From Octopus sinensis (Eukaryota): DNA of 64,000 nucleotides. The position numbers were made by a program, and so were the translations under genes. Every line of letters starts with the position of its first letter. Positions within the stretch are counted from its first letter, which is position 1. Below the pieces are notes generated by a model. That model made no database searches. It was not told the origin of the DNA and saw nothing but the letters and a program-made list of their open reading frames with translations. Below are positions 61,487-64,000 of this stretch, in pieces. The DNA lies in contig NC_043003.1 in the NCBI RefSeq assembly GCF_006345805.1, forward strand, positions 11,346,001 through 11,410,000, read 5' to 3'.

Positions 61487-61640
61487 AATGAGATCCCAGG
61501 TTTGAAATTTCCCCAAGACACCTGATGAAGGCTGGAGGGTATATCAGCCAAAATGTGTTAACAACAAACAAGATGAGGAAAAATATCTGTCAAATGTAAA
61601 TAATGTACATAATTCCTCATCTCTGAGATATAGAACTGTA
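61487..61640 (+). mobile_element. Penelope-like terminal fragment with inactivated hammerhead (61515-61560)
   Basis: GACAC CTGATGA A GGCTG gagggtatat CAGCC AAAA TGTGTT; G12 changed to A and the cleavage triplet is deleted. Confidence 0.72.
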
Positions 61641-62044
61641 TCATTTTCTGTTATTTGGTCCAAGCGTGGGTTGGATAGATCTGCATTATGTGTGGTCTTA
61701 AATTTTTTCAACCCTATTTCATCACTTTTCTTTTCTGTATTGTTTTGCAATATGTTTTAAAGCGCACAGTTATAGTTACATAAGCTGTCATCAAACAGCT
61801 TGTCTGGATGGGCCTTGCTGTTAGACATCACAGATAAACCTTGCTATTCGAGGGGTTGCATAGATAGAGCCTGTTTATTGTGAGGCCCTGTGAGGGTGCT
61901 CCCCATAAAGTAAACAAAATTAAACTACAAAAACAAATGCAGACAGATTTTTCTTGATATAATATTTATTTTGTATTGTAGCTAAAAGATAAGCAGAAAC
62001 ACACACACACACACACGTATTGATAACTGATATTTGAATTATAG

Positions 62045-62224
62045 TGTTAGAATACACACACACATACATACATGTATGTGTGTGTGTGTGTGTGAATAAT
62101 ATATATATATATGTATATATATGTGTGTGTATATATATATATATTTATGCATATGTGTGTATATATATATTTATGTGTGTGTGTGTATATGTGTATATAT
62201 GTGTGTGTATATATATATTTATGC

Positions 62225-62258
<34 letters not shown>

Positions 62259-62321
62259 TTTTTATGTATATATGTGTGTGTGTGTATATATATATATTTA
62301 TGTATATATATATGTTGTGTG

Positions 62322-62354
<33 letters not shown>

Positions 62355-62560
62355 GTGTATATATATATATTTATGTATATATATATATATATTTATGTAT
62401 ATATATTTATGTATATATATGTGTGTGTATATATATATATATTTATGTATATATATGTGTGTGTATATATATATATTTATGTATATATATGTGTGTATAT
62501 ATATATATTTATATATATGTGTGTATATTTTCATGTGTACATACGTGCATATATGCTGCA
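62045..62560. repeat. Complex (TA/TG) microsatellite
   Basis: Direct reading; explains ORFs 62044-62757. Confidence 0.95.
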
Positions 62561-62954
62561 GCTCTCTTTTAGATCTCTGTCTCTGTTCAGGGGATTTACC
62601 ACCCACAGTAAACTTTGATAATGGTATGCCACCCCAGTGCATAATGTGCTTTGAGTACAAGGGTAGCAGGAACCTTGTAGCTTGGCTGTTCTTTTATATC
62701 AGATTAAAATATTTATTCTCAGGAAAGGGCTATGACTTCAGTGTGTGCTCAAGTTAAAAGCTAACGAGCTAAATTATCTAGATGAGAGGCTTAACTTGGT
62801 GATAAAGAGATAGACTCGGATTAGGTAAAAATGTTCTCAGATTTAAAATTCTTTAAACGTATGTAACCTGGAATTACTTTTTAAGAGTTTCAGAAGTGTT
62901 TGTCTTTGTTTTTTCTTCCCCACCACTACCGCTTTTTTTTTTATTTGATACTGC

Positions 62955-63575
62955 TTGTATTTTTTACTTGTTTCAGTCATTAGACTGTGGCCATGTGGGA
63001 GCACCATCTTATAGAATTTTAGTTGAACAAATCAACCCGAGCGTTTTTTGTTTTGTAAAACCTGGTACTTATTCTGTCCATGTCATTTGCTGAACCACTA
63101 AGCTATGAGGGATGTAAACACACCAACACCAGTTGTCAAGCAGTGGTGGGGGACAAACATGCATATACACGACAGGCTTCCTTCAGTTTCTACCTACCAA
63201 ATCCACTCACAAGGTTTTGGTCAAAGGTGGCGAGCTGGCAGGAACGTTAGCACGCCGGGCGAAAAGCTTATCGGTATTTCACCTGCTGTTACGTTGTGAG
63301 TTCAAATTCCGCCATGGTCGACTTTGTCTTTCATCCTTTCGGGGTCGATAAATTAAGTACCAGTTACGCACTGGGGTCGACGTAATCGACTTAATCCGTT
63401 TGTCTGTCCATATTTGTCCCTTCTTTCAGTTTCTGTCTACCAGATCCATTCACAAGACTTGGTCAGTCTAAAGCTGTCAGAGGAAAGCACTTACCCTAAA
63501 TACTGCACAATGAGAATGAACTCGGGAACACATGGTTGGAAAGCAAGCACCTTAACCATACAGCCATGCCCGTGC
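62955..63575. mobile_element. CORE SINE (-), Nin SINE (+, 63222-63420) and a second, older CORE head (-)
   Basis: The CORE block CAGTTTC..TACCA.ATCCA.TCACAAG occurs twice, diverged, on either side of the Nin copy. Confidence 0.8.
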
Positions 63576-64000
63576 CAGTGTGTCTCGGTACTCTTATTCT
63601 CTCAGGACTCTCCGCATTTCGACACAAGCTAAAAACAGCGTGTCGGCTAATAAAGTGTGAAATATGAAGGCTGTTGTTCAATTTGTTTTTAAGATGGAAG
63701 CGTAGCAAATGAACAATCACTAACCGTGTTACGAAACAAATATACTGAATAAGATATTATTTCTTATTTCTTTAAAGTCTGGCAATTTTACGTCTGGGCG
63801 AAACGATTGAACAATCTGTCTAGACAAAAATAATATAAGCCTTGCTGCAAGGAAATCGCACAAGGGTGTCTTGTGTCGTAGATCATTTGGTACATTAACT
63901 ATATTAAGAGAAAAAGGAGAAAAATGAAGAAGAAAATTCTAGAAAACTGAAAGAACCCTTTGAAAAACAAACAGTGCAAAACAAACCGAAAATGCAATTG

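Noticed and set aside
63181-63464. Long TSD around the Nin SINE at 63222-63420
   Set aside because: The duplicated CORE segments are too diverged from each other; they are two different SINE copies.

Overview
AT-rich eukaryotic genomic DNA with no rRNA, tRNA gene, CRISPR array or confidently identifiable protein-coding gene. The repeat families (tRNA-derived CORE-, Nin/Deu- and Ceph-type SINEs, TTAA piggyBac-like MITEs, very dense microsatellites) point to a coleoid cephalopod, most likely Octopus; this is recognition, not a database result. The window reads as a large intron or intergenic stretch dominated by nested mobile elements. These include at least five SINE/LINE-derivative families, piggyBac, hAT, mariner, Tigger, Helitron and Helentron-type non-autonomous elements, an RTE-like LINE 3' end with two decayed C2H2 fingers, and several Penelope-like (PLE) terminal fragments. 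Nearly all supplied ORFs are low-complexity or SINE artefacts. The main find is a type I minimal hammerhead ribozyme with an intact catalytic core (57485-57573, minus strand) in a ~425-bp element inserted in (TA)n, with four or five more decayed hammerhead motifs in other PLE-like fragments. One PLE fragment starts essentially at its predicted self-cleavage site. Other notable structures are a piggyBac-MITE dimer with a fixed 23-bp spacer at three loci, a ~690-bp micro-inversion reconstructable from split elements, a 115-bp near-perfect inverted repeat, two long hairpins, and a SINE 1.7-mer inside one target-site duplication (TSD). Boundaries of old, decayed repeats are approximate (tens of bp).
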